Notes under the pieces: generated by a model
What the model was told of the DNA's origin: nothing
Seen by the model: only the letters and a program-made list of their open reading frames with translations
Database searches by the model: none
From: an uncultured Alphaproteobacteria bacterium
GTDB lineage: Bacteria > Pseudomonadota > Alphaproteobacteria > Rs-D84 > CACZYB01
DNA: 32,000 nt
Assembly (NCBI GenBank): GCA_934246625.1
Contig: CAKQHZ010000001.1
Span: forward strand, 510,001-542,000
Direction of reading: 5' to 3'
Shown here: positions 8,675 through 17,414 of the stretch, piece after piece
Position numbering within the stretch: position 1 is the stretch's first letter
Layout: every line of letters starts with the position of its first letter
Made by a program: the position numbers and the translations under genes

Positions 8675-8687
8675 AAGGGAGAAAAAA

Positions 8688-9413
8688 ATGAAATTAAGAC
8701 CATGGAATTTTATAAAAAGTAATTTATTTAAAAAAGGAACTCTTTTAGGGTTATTTACTTTATCAAGTGCGGCTGGTGCACAAACTATTTATCAATGTCA
8801 ACCATGTCCAAATGGATTGGCTTCTCAACCTGGAACAATATCTGCTTCTGGTTGTTTTAATCCAGTAAGTAAATCTGGTTCAAGAGTTATTTTTGATAAT
8901 TCAAGTTCTGGTTGGAGTGGAACTTTACAACCAGGTTGGTATAGAATTAGTTTAAGAGGTAGTAGTGGTTCAGGTGCTGGTGGTGGATGTGGTTATTCAT
9001 CTTGTTATGGTGGTAATGGTGGAGATATGTATTATGTTTTCTATGTTTCTTCAAGTGCATCTGGTGAGTATTCTTGGAATGGTGGTTCACCAAAGTTTGT
9101 TGTAAAAGAAAATGGAAAAGTAAGAACATTTAATTCAACTAGAGGAACAGATGGCTATCAAACAAAATCAAATTGTCGTAAAGTATATTCTACTTATGGT
9201 GATTACTTGGGGGAACAATGTGATTACAGTTGTACCAATGGAACAAATGGTTCATCAACAGTGGTGTATGGAAGTGAAAAATCAAATTGTCATAAAGTAA
9301 AGACTACTTATGGTAGTTATGATGTTTGTGGTTACAATGTAAATGAAAGTGAAAAATTTACATCAAATGTTGATGCAAAATCTTATGCTGGTGGTAAATT
9401 AACTAGATTATAA
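8688..9413 (+). CDS. secreted Cys/Gly/Ser-rich protein (CxxC module + glycine-rich domain + internal repeat)
   Basis: The start is trimmed to ATG 8688, which has GGGAG upstream. The signal peptide is ...GLFTLSSAAGA|QT. It is followed by YQCQPCPNGLASQPGTISASGC and then GWYRISLRGSSGSGAGGGCGYSSCYGGNGGDMYYVFYV. Two copies of KSNC[RH]KVxxTYGxY follow. Confidence 0.7.
   Translation: MKLRPWNFIKSNLFKKGTLLGLFTLSSAAGAQTIYQCQPCPNGLASQPGTISASGCFNPVSKSGSRVIFDNSSSGWSGTLQPGWYRISLRGSSGSGAGGGCGYSSCYGGNGGDMYYVFYVSSSASGEYSWNGGSPKFVVKENGKVRTFNSTRGTDGYQTKSNCRKVYSTYGDYLGEQCDYSCTNGTNGSSTVVYGSEKSNCHKVKTTYGSYDVCGYNVNESEKFTSNVDAKSYAGGKLTRL
9165..9209 (+). repeat. intragenic direct repeat, copy 1
   Basis: aaatcaaattgtcgtaaagta...acttatggtgattac. 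It recurs 114 nt (38 codons) downstream with few substitutions. Confidence 0.8.
9279..9323 (+). repeat. intragenic direct repeat, copy 2
   Basis: aaatcaaattgtcataaagta...acttatggtagttat. It is in frame with copy 1. Confidence 0.8.
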
Positions 9414-9424
9414 TCTTTGAAACA

Positions 9425-9460
9425 AAAGGGAATATCTTCTTATTCCCTTTTTTATTTTTT
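9425..9460 (+). terminator. rho-independent terminator
   Basis: Perfect 10-bp stem aaagggaata / tattcccttt with a 6-nt loop, followed by a long T-run. Confidence 0.85.
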
Positions 9461-9477
9461 TTAAGTAGGCTTATTTT

Positions 9478-9834
9478 ATGTTTAAATTATTTTCAAAAAA
9501 ATCAGTTGAGGATACATATACGGTTATACCTTTGGCTCTTAATAAAAAAGCCAACAAATTGGTTGCCTATACTAATCAAGATATGTTGAAGCAAAGTGAA
9601 ATTTTTGAAGGTATGGTAAAAGATTTTTTTTCAAAACTTGATTGTGTGAAAACAAAACTTAATCATATTTATGAATGTCAACAAAAGGATAAAAATTTTG
9701 TTGCTGATTGTCGTGAAATTGATAAGGAAATACAAATGCTTTTATCCTTGCAAAAGGAAATAAATGGATATAGTGATGATTTTTCACAAAATATTTGGCA
9801 AAGTATTATAAATGAATTTCCTTCTGGTAATTAA
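9478..9834 (+). CDS. hypothetical cytoplasmic protein (118 aa)
   Basis: A long ORF in an AT-rich, stop-rich background. It has no TM or signal peptide. It ends 2 nt before the TTG and 14 nt before the ATG of the glycosyltransferase gene. The SD is weak and I recognise no family. Confidence 0.55.
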   Translation: MFKLFSKKSVEDTYTVIPLALNKKANKLVAYTNQDMLKQSEIFEGMVKDFFSKLDCVKTKLNHIYECQQKDKNFVADCREIDKEIQMLLSLQKEINGYSDDFSQNIWQSIINEFPSGN

Positions 9835-9848
9835 ATTTGGGTGGACAG

Positions 9849-12575
9849 ATGCAAAAATTTATTTCAGTGATTATTCCTTGCTATAATGTTGAAAATTATG
9901 TGGCTCGTTGTTTGGATAGTGTTATAAATCAAACTTATAAAAATCTTGAAATTATTTGTGTGAATGATGGCTCTACTGATAATACTTTGGCTATATTAAA
10001 AGATTATGCGAAAAAAGATAGTCGTATCAAAATTATTGATAAAAAAAATGGTGGACTTTCTTCTGCTAGAAATGCAGGTATTGAAGTCGCAAGTTATGAA
10101 TATGTCGTTTTTTTAGATAGTGATGATTGGATTGAACCTAATACTTACGAGCTTGCAATTTCAAAAATGGATGATGATATTGATTTGGTTCGTTGGAATG
10201 TTCGACTTGTCAATTATGATGATATTTGGTATGTGTGTTCTACACGAGAATGGTATAATTTATTTGATATGCAAGGTAAAATTTCATTTAATCAAGAAGT
10301 GTTAAGAAATTTTACTATAGAAGTATGGAATAAAATTTTTAGGAAATCAATTATTGATAAACATCATATACGTTTTCCTGAAGGATTGTTGCATGAAGAT
10401 TGGGTGTTCTTTTGGCACTATGCTTTGTTTATGAGAAATGTGTATTGTATTCCTGATAAACTTTACAATTATTATCAACGTAAAGGCTCTATTGTTAACA
10501 ATGTATTAACACGAAAGTTGGCACATAATTTTGATAAACTTCAAATTTGTGATAGAGTTTATGAAAATTTTGTAAAAGAGGGCGTTTTTGAAGAATATAA
10601 AACAGCATTTATTGAAAGTGTTTTCCTAAAACTTTTTCCTCAAATGGTGAATGAAGTTTATTCTGTTAAAGAAGCATGTTTAGAAGCAAAAAAATATATT
10701 TGTAAATGGGGTATTCAATTTGAAGATTATCATTTAATGTATTTGCTTATGAATGATTGTTTCAAAGAAATTGAAGATATTTATGTTAAAAGTATTTATG
10801 TTAAACAGTTCAATAATAAAAAACGTGAACAAAAAATTTCTATTATAGTTCCTGTGTATAATAGAGAAAAATATTTGAAAAGATGTTTGAATTCTCTTAT
10901 GAATCAAACGTATAAAAATATTGAAATTATTTGTATTGATGATTGTTCAACTGATAATTCCTGTAGAATTTTAAGTGATGCTTCAGGTTTTGATTGGCGA
11001 ATAAAAGTTTATCAAAATGATGAGCATAGAGGAATAGGTTATACTCGACAAATGGGGTTGGAACTTTCTTCTTGTGATTATATTATGTGGTGTGATAGTG
11101 ATGATTGGTATGAACCAACTATGTGTGAAAAAATGTTGAAGGCTATGCTTAAATACAATGTTGATATGGTTGAGTGTAGTGTTCAATATGTTGATAGCCC
11201 AGATATAGGAATAAGAAAGGAATTTGAACTGGATTTTGCTTATCACGTATGTCGTAAAGGTAAGCAAAGTATCGATTTTTATATCTTTAGTAATATGTAT
11301 AAATTTTTCTGGAACAAATTGTATCGTCGCTCAATTATTGAAGATTGGAAAATAAAGGTTTTTTCTTTGCCTGTGTATGAAGATATGGCTTTTGTATATC
11401 TTTATTTAATGAGGTCTAAATCGGTTTATTTTATTGATGAAAAACTTTATAATTATTATAGGCATGGTGGTAGTGTTTCTTCTTGTTTATATGATGAAAA
11501 TAAAGGTGTTGTTTTACTTGATGAATTTAAGGCATTTGAAAAAGTTGTTGATTTTGTAAAGGAACATAATTGGAAAGATAAGTTTTATATTTGTAATGAA
11601 ATGTATTATAAATATTTATTTTCATTATTGGATATAGGTAAATTTATTGTTAATAATCATACAAATAAGTTATTACGATTGGCATCTAAAGTTGTTTCGG
11701 ATTCAAGTAAATATTGTTCTGTGAAAATGAATATATTTTTTGCGTGTGATAATAACTATATAGAGCAATTATATGTCGCAATGTATTCTATTTTAGTAAA
11801 TTCATTACCTAATGATATTTATAATTTTTATATTCTTGATGGTGGAATTTCTTGGCTTAATAAACAAAAGTTGAATAAATTGAAAAAGGTAAAGCCTTTT
11901 ACAATAGAATATATTAAAATGAATGATAAGTTGTTTTCAAATTTTCCTATTACCGATTTATGTAATTATATTTCAAGGACAACTTATTACAGATATATGA
12001 TTCCAAGGTTAAAGCCAGAATTGGATAAGTGTTTATATTTGGATTGTGATTTAATATTGGAAGCTCCTATTCGTAAATTATATTCTATTGATATAGAAGA
12101 TAACTATGTGGCGGCAGTTCAAGATGCTTCACGATGCACACACTCTTTTTATAAACAATTTGATATAGATGTGCCATTTAATGCTGGGGTTCTTCTTATC
12201 AATAATAAAAAGTGGAAAGAGGATAATATTGTTGAAACGTTGTTTGAAAATACTTCTAAATTAAAAGATGTTTTAGTATGGCAAGACCAAGATGTCCTTA
12301 ATTATACATTTAAGGGTAAAGTGAAGTTTATTGATTGGAATTTTAATTTACAACAAAGTTTCTTTACTGAAAATGTAGAGCCATATAAATATACTTTTGA
12401 TGAAGTGCAAAAGTTTAAATTTAATCATATTGTTATTCACTATGCTGGTCCAATTAAGCCATGGCAAGCAGGGTGCGTTCATCCTTTTTGGTGGAGATAT
12501 TATTCTTATCTTAAACAAACTCCGTTTAAGAAAAATGCAAAGAAATATTTGAAAAAAATTTTGAAAGAATTGTAA
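9849..12575 (+). CDS. three-module glycosyltransferase fusion (GT2 + GT2 + GT8)
   Basis: One uninterrupted ORF. The track starts it at TTG 9837, but ATG 9849 is more likely. Module 1 has SVIIPCYNVENYVARCLDSVINQTYKNLEIICVNDGSTDNT...LDSDDW. Module 2 has SIIVPVYNREKYLKRCLNSLMNQTYKNIEIICIDDCSTDNS...CDSDDW. Module 3, from about nt 11727, has NIFFACDNNY...YLDCDLIL...HYAGPIKPW, like LPS glycosyltransferases of the RfaJ/LgtC type. No TM or signal peptide. Confidence 0.85.
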   Translation: MQKFISVIIPCYNVENYVARCLDSVINQTYKNLEIICVNDGSTDNTLAILKDYAKKDSRIKIIDKKNGGLSSARNAGIEVASYEYVVFLDSDDWIEPNTYELAISKMDDDIDLVRWNVRLVNYDDIWYVCSTREWYNLFDMQGKISFNQEVLRNFTIEVWNKIFRKSIIDKHHIRFPEGLLHEDWVFFWHYALFMRNVYCIPDKLYNYYQRKGSIVNNVLTRKLAHNFDKLQICDRVYENFVKEGVFEEYKTAFIESVFLKLFPQMVNEVYSVKEACLEAKKYICKWGIQFEDYHLMYLLMNDCFKEIEDIYVKSIYVKQFNNKKREQKISIIVPVYNREKYLKRCLNSLMNQTYKNIEIICIDDCSTDNSCRILSDASGFDWRIKVYQNDEHRGIGYTRQMGLELSSCDYIMWCDSDDWYEPTMCEKMLKAMLKYNVDMVECSVQYVDSPDIGIRKEFELDFAYHVCRKGKQSIDFYIFSNMYKFFWNKLYRRSIIEDWKIKVFSLPVYEDMAFVYLYLMRSKSVYFIDEKLYNYYRHGGSVSSCLYDENKGVVLLDEFKAFEKVVDFVKEHNWKDKFYICNEMYYKYLFSLLDIGKFIVNNHTNKLLRLASKVVSDSSKYCSVKMNIFFACDNNYIEQLYVAMYSILVNSLPNDIYNFYILDGGISWLNKQKLNKLKKVKPFTIEYIKMNDKLFSNFPITDLCNYISRTTYYRYMIPRLKPELDKCLYLDCDLILEAPIRKLYSIDIEDNYVAAVQDASRCTHSFYKQFDIDVPFNAGVLLINNKKWKEDNIVETLFENTSKLKDVLVWQDQDVLNYTFKGKVKFIDWNFNLQQSFFTENVEPYKYTFDEVQKFKFNHIVIHYAGPIKPWQAGCVHPFWWRYYSYLKQTPFKKNAKKYLKKILKEL

Positions 12576-12577
12576 TA

Positions 12578-12602
12578 AAAAAAGCCTCAAATGAGGCCTT
12601 TT
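12578..12602. terminator. bidirectional rho-independent terminator
   Basis: aaaaaaa-gcctc-aaat-gaggc-cttttt between convergent genes. The stem is short (5 bp plus flanking A/T pairs). Confidence 0.55.
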
Positions 12603-14402
12603 TTATATTCTTGAAATATGAACTGATACAGGTGGTTTTTTATCCATTGCATCGCGGATTACTCGTCTTGTTGAGGCAGTGATTATTTCACGAAGACCTG
12701 CATCGTTTTGAAGTTCTTTTTTTGATAAGTTTTTAATAGAACTTTTTATTTCATTTATAATTGAAGATTTGATTATGCCGGTTGCATCTGTTTCAAATAC
12801 TCCAAGTGATGAAATTTCAGGTTTGCCAACAAGTCCACCTTTGTTCATAATGACACTTACGAATACTGCACCATTATAGTTTATTTTTCTTCGTGCTGAG
12901 AAAACATCGTTTGCAGCAGAAATTTGGCGTGTTCCATCAATGATTATTTCGTTTGTTGGAACTATTTCAACGATTTGTGGTGCTTTGCCATCTTCGATTG
13001 CAACAAATTGTCCGTTTTCCACAATCATAGCATTTGGAATTTTGCATTCTTGGGCTATTTTATAATTACGGAAAGTGTGAATTGGTTCCCCGTGTATAGG
13101 AATTGCAATTTGTGGTTTTAGCAAATTATAAAGTTGTTCAAGTTCAGGCTTGCTTCCATGTCCTGAAGCATGAATTTTGGGATTATCCATATTTGTGATA
13201 ATATTTACACCATATTTTGCAAGGTTGTTTTGAACGTTTAAAATGGCCTCTTCGTTTCCAGGAATCATTTTAGAAGAGAAGATTACAGTGTCGCCTTCGT
13301 GCAATTTAAGACCAACATAAGTGCCATCAGCAACACGACTTAATACAGAACGAGGTTCGCCTTGAGTTCCTGTGCAAAGATATAAAACCTTTTCGTTATC
13401 ATATTTGCTTGCATCTTCGGCAGAGATATAGTCAAAATCTTTGAGATAACCTTCTGATTTTGCAATATCAATATTTGATTCCATAGAACGACCAAGGACA
13501 ACAAGACGGCGTCCTGTTTGTTTTGCAGCCTTGTAAATACTTTCCATACGGACGACATTTGTTGAAAAGCAAGTGATTACAATTTTACCCTTTTTTATGG
13601 ATTTTACAACTTTTGCAAGTTCGTCTCTTACTTCTTCTTCACTGCGACTGTGGTTTAAGTTAAGGGCGTTTGTAGAGTCGCTTAGGACGGCAAGACAACC
13701 TTCCTTTGCAACAGCCTTTAGTGTTTGAAGGTCGCTTGTTTTATCAATAAGTGGTGTTGGGTCAAGTTTCCAATCGCCAGTGTGGACAAGTGTGCCTTGT
13801 TCAGTTCTTATGATAATACCATTTGATTGTGGAATAGAGTGAGTGAAGTGAAAGTATTCAATATCAAATGGACCAATGTTGAAGCGAGCTCCATTTTTAT
13901 CAATTTGGCGAAGTGGAACCTTTCCAAATAATGGAGTTTCAGAAAGTTTGTTTTCAACCATTTTAAGTGCAAAAGGTGTTCCATAAATTGGACATTTTAC
14001 TTCCTCCCAAAGATATGGAATAGCACCATAGTGATCTTCGTGTGAATGTGTAAGTAAAATACCAAGAATACGGCTTTTGATTGCCTTTAGAAATGAGGCA
14101 TCAGGTATAACATATTCTGCACCAGCCATACGTTCACTTGGAAAACCAATACCCATATCAACGATAATCCATTGACCACGTGTTCCATATAAGTAAAGAT
14201 TGCAACCAATTCTGTCGCCCATACCACCAAGTGCACCGAAATAAATTCGATTATCTGATGATGACAAGTTCATTGAAGTTTTGACTTGTGTTTTTTTGAT
14301 TGTTGTAGTTGTCTTTAACTTCTTTTCAAATTTTGTAGGTTTTGTTTTTTTTATGTTTTTAGTATTTTTTTTATTTGTCTTTTTATCTTTTTTGAAAAAC
14401 AT
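12603..14402 (-). CDS. rnj: ribonuclease J (metallo-beta-lactamase / beta-CASP family)
   Basis: 599 aa with the HSHEDHYG zinc motif and beta-CASP layout. ATG 14402 has AAGGA upstream. A ~43-aa Lys/Thr-rich extension precedes the conserved core. Confidence 0.9.
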   Translation of the reverse strand: MFFKKDKKTNKKNTKNIKKTKPTKFEKKLKTTTTIKKTQVKTSMNLSSSDNRIYFGALGGMGDRIGCNLYLYGTRGQWIIVDMGIGFPSERMAGAEYVIPDASFLKAIKSRILGILLTHSHEDHYGAIPYLWEEVKCPIYGTPFALKMVENKLSETPLFGKVPLRQIDKNGARFNIGPFDIEYFHFTHSIPQSNGIIIRTEQGTLVHTGDWKLDPTPLIDKTSDLQTLKAVAKEGCLAVLSDSTNALNLNHSRSEEEVRDELAKVVKSIKKGKIVITCFSTNVVRMESIYKAAKQTGRRLVVLGRSMESNIDIAKSEGYLKDFDYISAEDASKYDNEKVLYLCTGTQGEPRSVLSRVADGTYVGLKLHEGDTVIFSSKMIPGNEEAILNVQNNLAKYGVNIITNMDNPKIHASGHGSKPELEQLYNLLKPQIAIPIHGEPIHTFRNYKIAQECKIPNAMIVENGQFVAIEDGKAPQIVEIVPTNEIIIDGTRQISAANDVFSARRKINYNGAVFVSVIMNKGGLVGKPEISSLGVFETDATGIIKSSIINEIKSSIKNLSKKELQNDAGLREIITASTRRVIRDAMDKKPPVSVHISRI

Positions 14403-14469
14403 ACGTATATCCTTTTTGTTATTAAGTATTTTTATTGTATCATAAATTTAAGTTGAATTCTATGTTTTT

Positions 14470-15162
14470 TTAAAGTAATCCAAGCATTTTGAAACTTATG
14501 TAATTACCCTTTGCTACTATTAAATGGTCGTGCAAAGATACATCAATGGTTTTAAGAGTTTCCTTTATTTTATTTGTGATTTGTATATCTGCCTTTGATG
14601 GGGTAGTATCGCCAGTTGGGTGATTGTGAACTATGATTATTGATGTGGCACCGATTTTTAAGACTTCTTTTAAAATTTCACGTGGATAAACAGATGAGGT
14701 GTTTATTGTTCCTGTTGAATGAGTTTCGTCCTTTATTAAATGACATTTTGTATTTAAGTAAAGGATATGAAATTCTTCGGTGTCCTTGTTTCCAATGTTT
14801 AATTTGCAATAATCAATAAGTTCGGTCCAGCTTGAAATAATAGATGTATTTTCGATTTTATCCTTTAGTGTTTTTATTTGACTTGCTTCTATAATTTTTA
14901 ATGTTGCGATTACGGTATCACCAACACCCTTTATTTGTTTTAAATCACTTTGGTTTGCTGTAATTACACCACCAAAGGTTTTGAATGTATTTATTAACTC
15001 CTTTGCAAGAGGTTTTACATCTCGTCTTGGAATTGCAATAGATAAAACAAGTTCCAATAATTCGTAATCAGCAAGAGCTTCACTTCCATTGTTAAGTAAT
15101 TTATCTCTTAGTCTTTGTCTATGACCTAGATAATGAGGTTGTTGTAAATTTTCGTCTGTCAT
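14470..15162 (-). CDS. radC: RadC-family JAB/MPN domain protein
   Basis: 230 aa. The N-terminal HhH-like region is LGHRQRLRDKLL...ELLELVL. The C-terminus carries the JAMM motif VHNHPTGDTTPSKADI. Confidence 0.9.
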   Translation of the reverse strand: MTDENLQQPHYLGHRQRLRDKLLNNGSEALADYELLELVLSIAIPRRDVKPLAKELINTFKTFGGVITANQSDLKQIKGVGDTVIATLKIIEASQIKTLKDKIENTSIISSWTELIDYCKLNIGNKDTEEFHILYLNTKCHLIKDETHSTGTINTSSVYPREILKEVLKIGATSIIIVHNHPTGDTTPSKADIQITNKIKETLKTIDVSLHDHLIVAKGNYISFKMLGLL

Positions 15163-15166
15163 TAAA

Positions 15167-15616
15167 TTATTTCTTATGTTTTTTTACTTTATTTATTTTA
15201 TCATAAGATGTTTTGTGAGCAACAGTTTTTTTATTTGATATATATTTATTATATATTTTTTCAGTTGTTTTATCTAAAATGAATAAAAATTCAATTAAAA
15301 TAAAGTAAATGAATTTGAATAATGGAGCAATGATTTTGTCATATAAAATTTCACTTATTCTGAAAAGGGCAACTGTTATGAAAATTATCCATGCAGTTAT
15401 AAAAAATCCTTCGATATAAATTTGTGAAGTGCGAGAAATTTTATAATCGTATAGGATTGTTGAAAGTGGAGTAGAGTATAAATAGATATAAACGAATCTG
15501 TAAAAAATTCCAGATGCAATAAGTGCAAATACGAAAAGAAAACGAAGAGGAAATAATGGTTTGTCAGTTGGAATTATATCTGTGTTTGTAAGAAAATTTT
15601 TCCAATTGTGTTTCAT
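15167..15616 (-). CDS. hypothetical multi-pass membrane protein with Lys-rich tail
   Basis: 149 aa with 3-4 hydrophobic segments. It is tightly packed between aspS (16-nt gap) and radC (4-nt gap) on the same strand. No family recognised. Confidence 0.6.
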   Translation of the reverse strand: MKHNWKNFLTNTDIIPTDKPLFPLRFLFVFALIASGIFYRFVYIYLYSTPLSTILYDYKISRTSQIYIEGFFITAWIIFITVALFRISEILYDKIIAPLFKFIYFILIEFLFILDKTTEKIYNKYISNKKTVAHKTSYDKINKVKKHKK

Positions 15617-15632
15617 TATTTCCTCCGTTGTT

Positions 15633-17414
15633 TTATTGTTGTTTTTTTGGTAATTCTACCTTTATATGTAATTCTCTTAATTGTTTATCATCAATTCTTG
15701 ATGGAGCACCCATCATTAAATCTTCACCACGACCATTGATAGGGAATAAAATTACTTCACGAAGATTTGGTTCATCTGCAAGAAGCATTACTATTCTATC
15801 AATACCTAAAGCAATACCAGCATGAGGAGGAACACCGTATTTGAATGCAGTCATAAGACCAGAAAATCTTTCTTCTACATCAGCACGTGTATATCCTACA
15901 TTTTCAAAAGCCTTTACCATAGTTTCAATGTCATAGTTTCGAACAGCACCACTTGCCATTTCGTAGCCATTACATACTATATCATATTGGTATGCTTTTA
16001 TTGATAAAAGATTTTCACTTTTTAAAGCATCAAGTCCACCTTGTGGCATTGAGAATGGGTTGTGTCCAAAATCAAGTTTGCCTGTTGCTTCATCTGTTTC
16101 ATAGAATGGAAAATCAACGATGAAAGCAAATTTGAAAATATCCTTTTCAATTAAATCCAAATCTTGACCAAGTTTTGTTCTTGTTAAACCTGCAAACTTT
16201 TGTGCTGGTGCAAGTTTATCGCAAACAAAAAATACACTGTCTCCATTTTTTATATCGCAAATTTCTTTTATCATTTCTATTCTATCTTTTGAAAGATTTT
16301 TTGCAATAGGACCTTTTTCTTCACCTGTTTCTTTATCAAAAACAATATATCCAAGTCCAGCAGCTTTGTTTGAACGAGCCCACTCATTAAGTCCGTCGAA
16401 CCATGAACGAGGTTTTTCTGAACTTGATGGTGCAACAATGGCTTTTACAACGCCACCCTTTTTAATATTGTTTGCAAAAATTGTGAAAGAAGAATCTTTG
16501 AATGCTTCTGTTACGTCCTTTATTATCAATGGATTTCTTAAATCTGGTTTATCAGAACCATATTTTTCCATTGCTTCTGTGTAAGGGATTCTTGCCCAAT
16601 CTGCAATTTTTCTTCCGTTTGCGAATGTTGAGAATGTTTTTTCAACTAAGCCCTTTGCAATAGATAAAACATCTTCTTGGGTTGCAAATGACATTTCCAT
16701 ATCAAGTTGATAAAATTCTAATACTCGGTCAGCACGTAAATCTTCATCACGGAAACATGGAGCAATTTGGAAATATTTATCAAATCCAGCAACCATTGCA
16801 AGTTGTTTGAATTGTTGTGGAGCTTGTGGAAGAGCATAAAATTTTCCAGGGTGAAGTCTTGATGGGACCAAGAAATCTCGTGCACCTTCTGGTGATGATG
16901 CTGTTAAAATAGGTGTTTGAAGTTCATTAAAATCTTCGTCCCACATATAATCACGCATAGTTTTTATGATTTTTGAACGAAGTTTGATAGTTTTTTGAAG
17001 TTTGTTTCTTCTTAAATCTATATAACGATATTTTAATCTTAAATCTTCTGGGAATTGTTCATCAGTTGCAACAAGTATAGGAAGCACATCGGCTGATGAA
17101 ATTACATTGAAACTTTCAATTTTAAGTTCAACATATCCAGATGGAAGATTTTCATTTATTGTTTCTTTGTCACGAGCAATAATTTCACCGTATACAGAAA
17201 TAACACTTTCAATTCTTAAATGTTCAAGTTTTGGAAAGTCAGGGTGTGTTGTATCAATCACACATTGAGTTATGCCATAATGATCACGTAAATCAATAAA
17301 AACAAGACCACCATGGTCGCGTTTTGAATTTATCCAACCTGAAAGTCGAACCTTTTTTCCAATAAAACTTTCGTTAATATCACCACAAGTATTTGTTCTG
17401 TATATATTTTCCAT
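15633..17414 (-). CDS. aspS: aspartate--tRNA ligase (bacterial type)
   Basis: 593 aa. It has an N-terminal OB fold (GWINSKRDHGGLVFIDLRDHYG). Class II motifs are present (FRDEDLRADR, QLDMEMSF, GIALGIDRIVMLL). Confidence 0.95.
   Translation of the reverse strand: MENIYRTNTCGDINESFIGKKVRLSGWINSKRDHGGLVFIDLRDHYGITQCVIDTTHPDFPKLEHLRIESVISVYGEIIARDKETINENLPSGYVELKIESFNVISSADVLPILVATDEQFPEDLRLKYRYIDLRRNKLQKTIKLRSKIIKTMRDYMWDEDFNELQTPILTASSPEGARDFLVPSRLHPGKFYALPQAPQQFKQLAMVAGFDKYFQIAPCFRDEDLRADRVLEFYQLDMEMSFATQEDVLSIAKGLVEKTFSTFANGRKIADWARIPYTEAMEKYGSDKPDLRNPLIIKDVTEAFKDSSFTIFANNIKKGGVVKAIVAPSSSEKPRSWFDGLNEWARSNKAAGLGYIVFDKETGEEKGPIAKNLSKDRIEMIKEICDIKNGDSVFFVCDKLAPAQKFAGLTRTKLGQDLDLIEKDIFKFAFIVDFPFYETDEATGKLDFGHNPFSMPQGGLDALKSENLLSIKAYQYDIVCNGYEMASGAVRNYDIETMVKAFENVGYTRADVEERFSGLMTAFKYGVPPHAGIALGIDRIVMLLADEPNLREVILFPINGRGEDLMMGAPSRIDDKQLRELHIKVELPKKQQ

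Noticed and set aside
8192-8687. The 44-nt overlap of track ORFs 8192..8674 and 8631..9413 as a possible programmed frameshift or fusion, and the long N-terminal extension from 8192
   Set aside because: Each gene has its own GGGAG SD, an ATG (8264 and 8688) and an immediately following signal peptide. The extensions upstream of these ATGs lack coding character. Two separate genes with a 13-nt gap is the simpler reading.
10041-10048. A8 run inside the glycosyltransferase gene (and similar A/T runs elsewhere) as phase-variation tracts
   Set aside because: A/T homopolymers of 7-9 nt are frequent throughout this AT-rich window, including in essential genes, so they carry no special signal. The reading frame is intact here.
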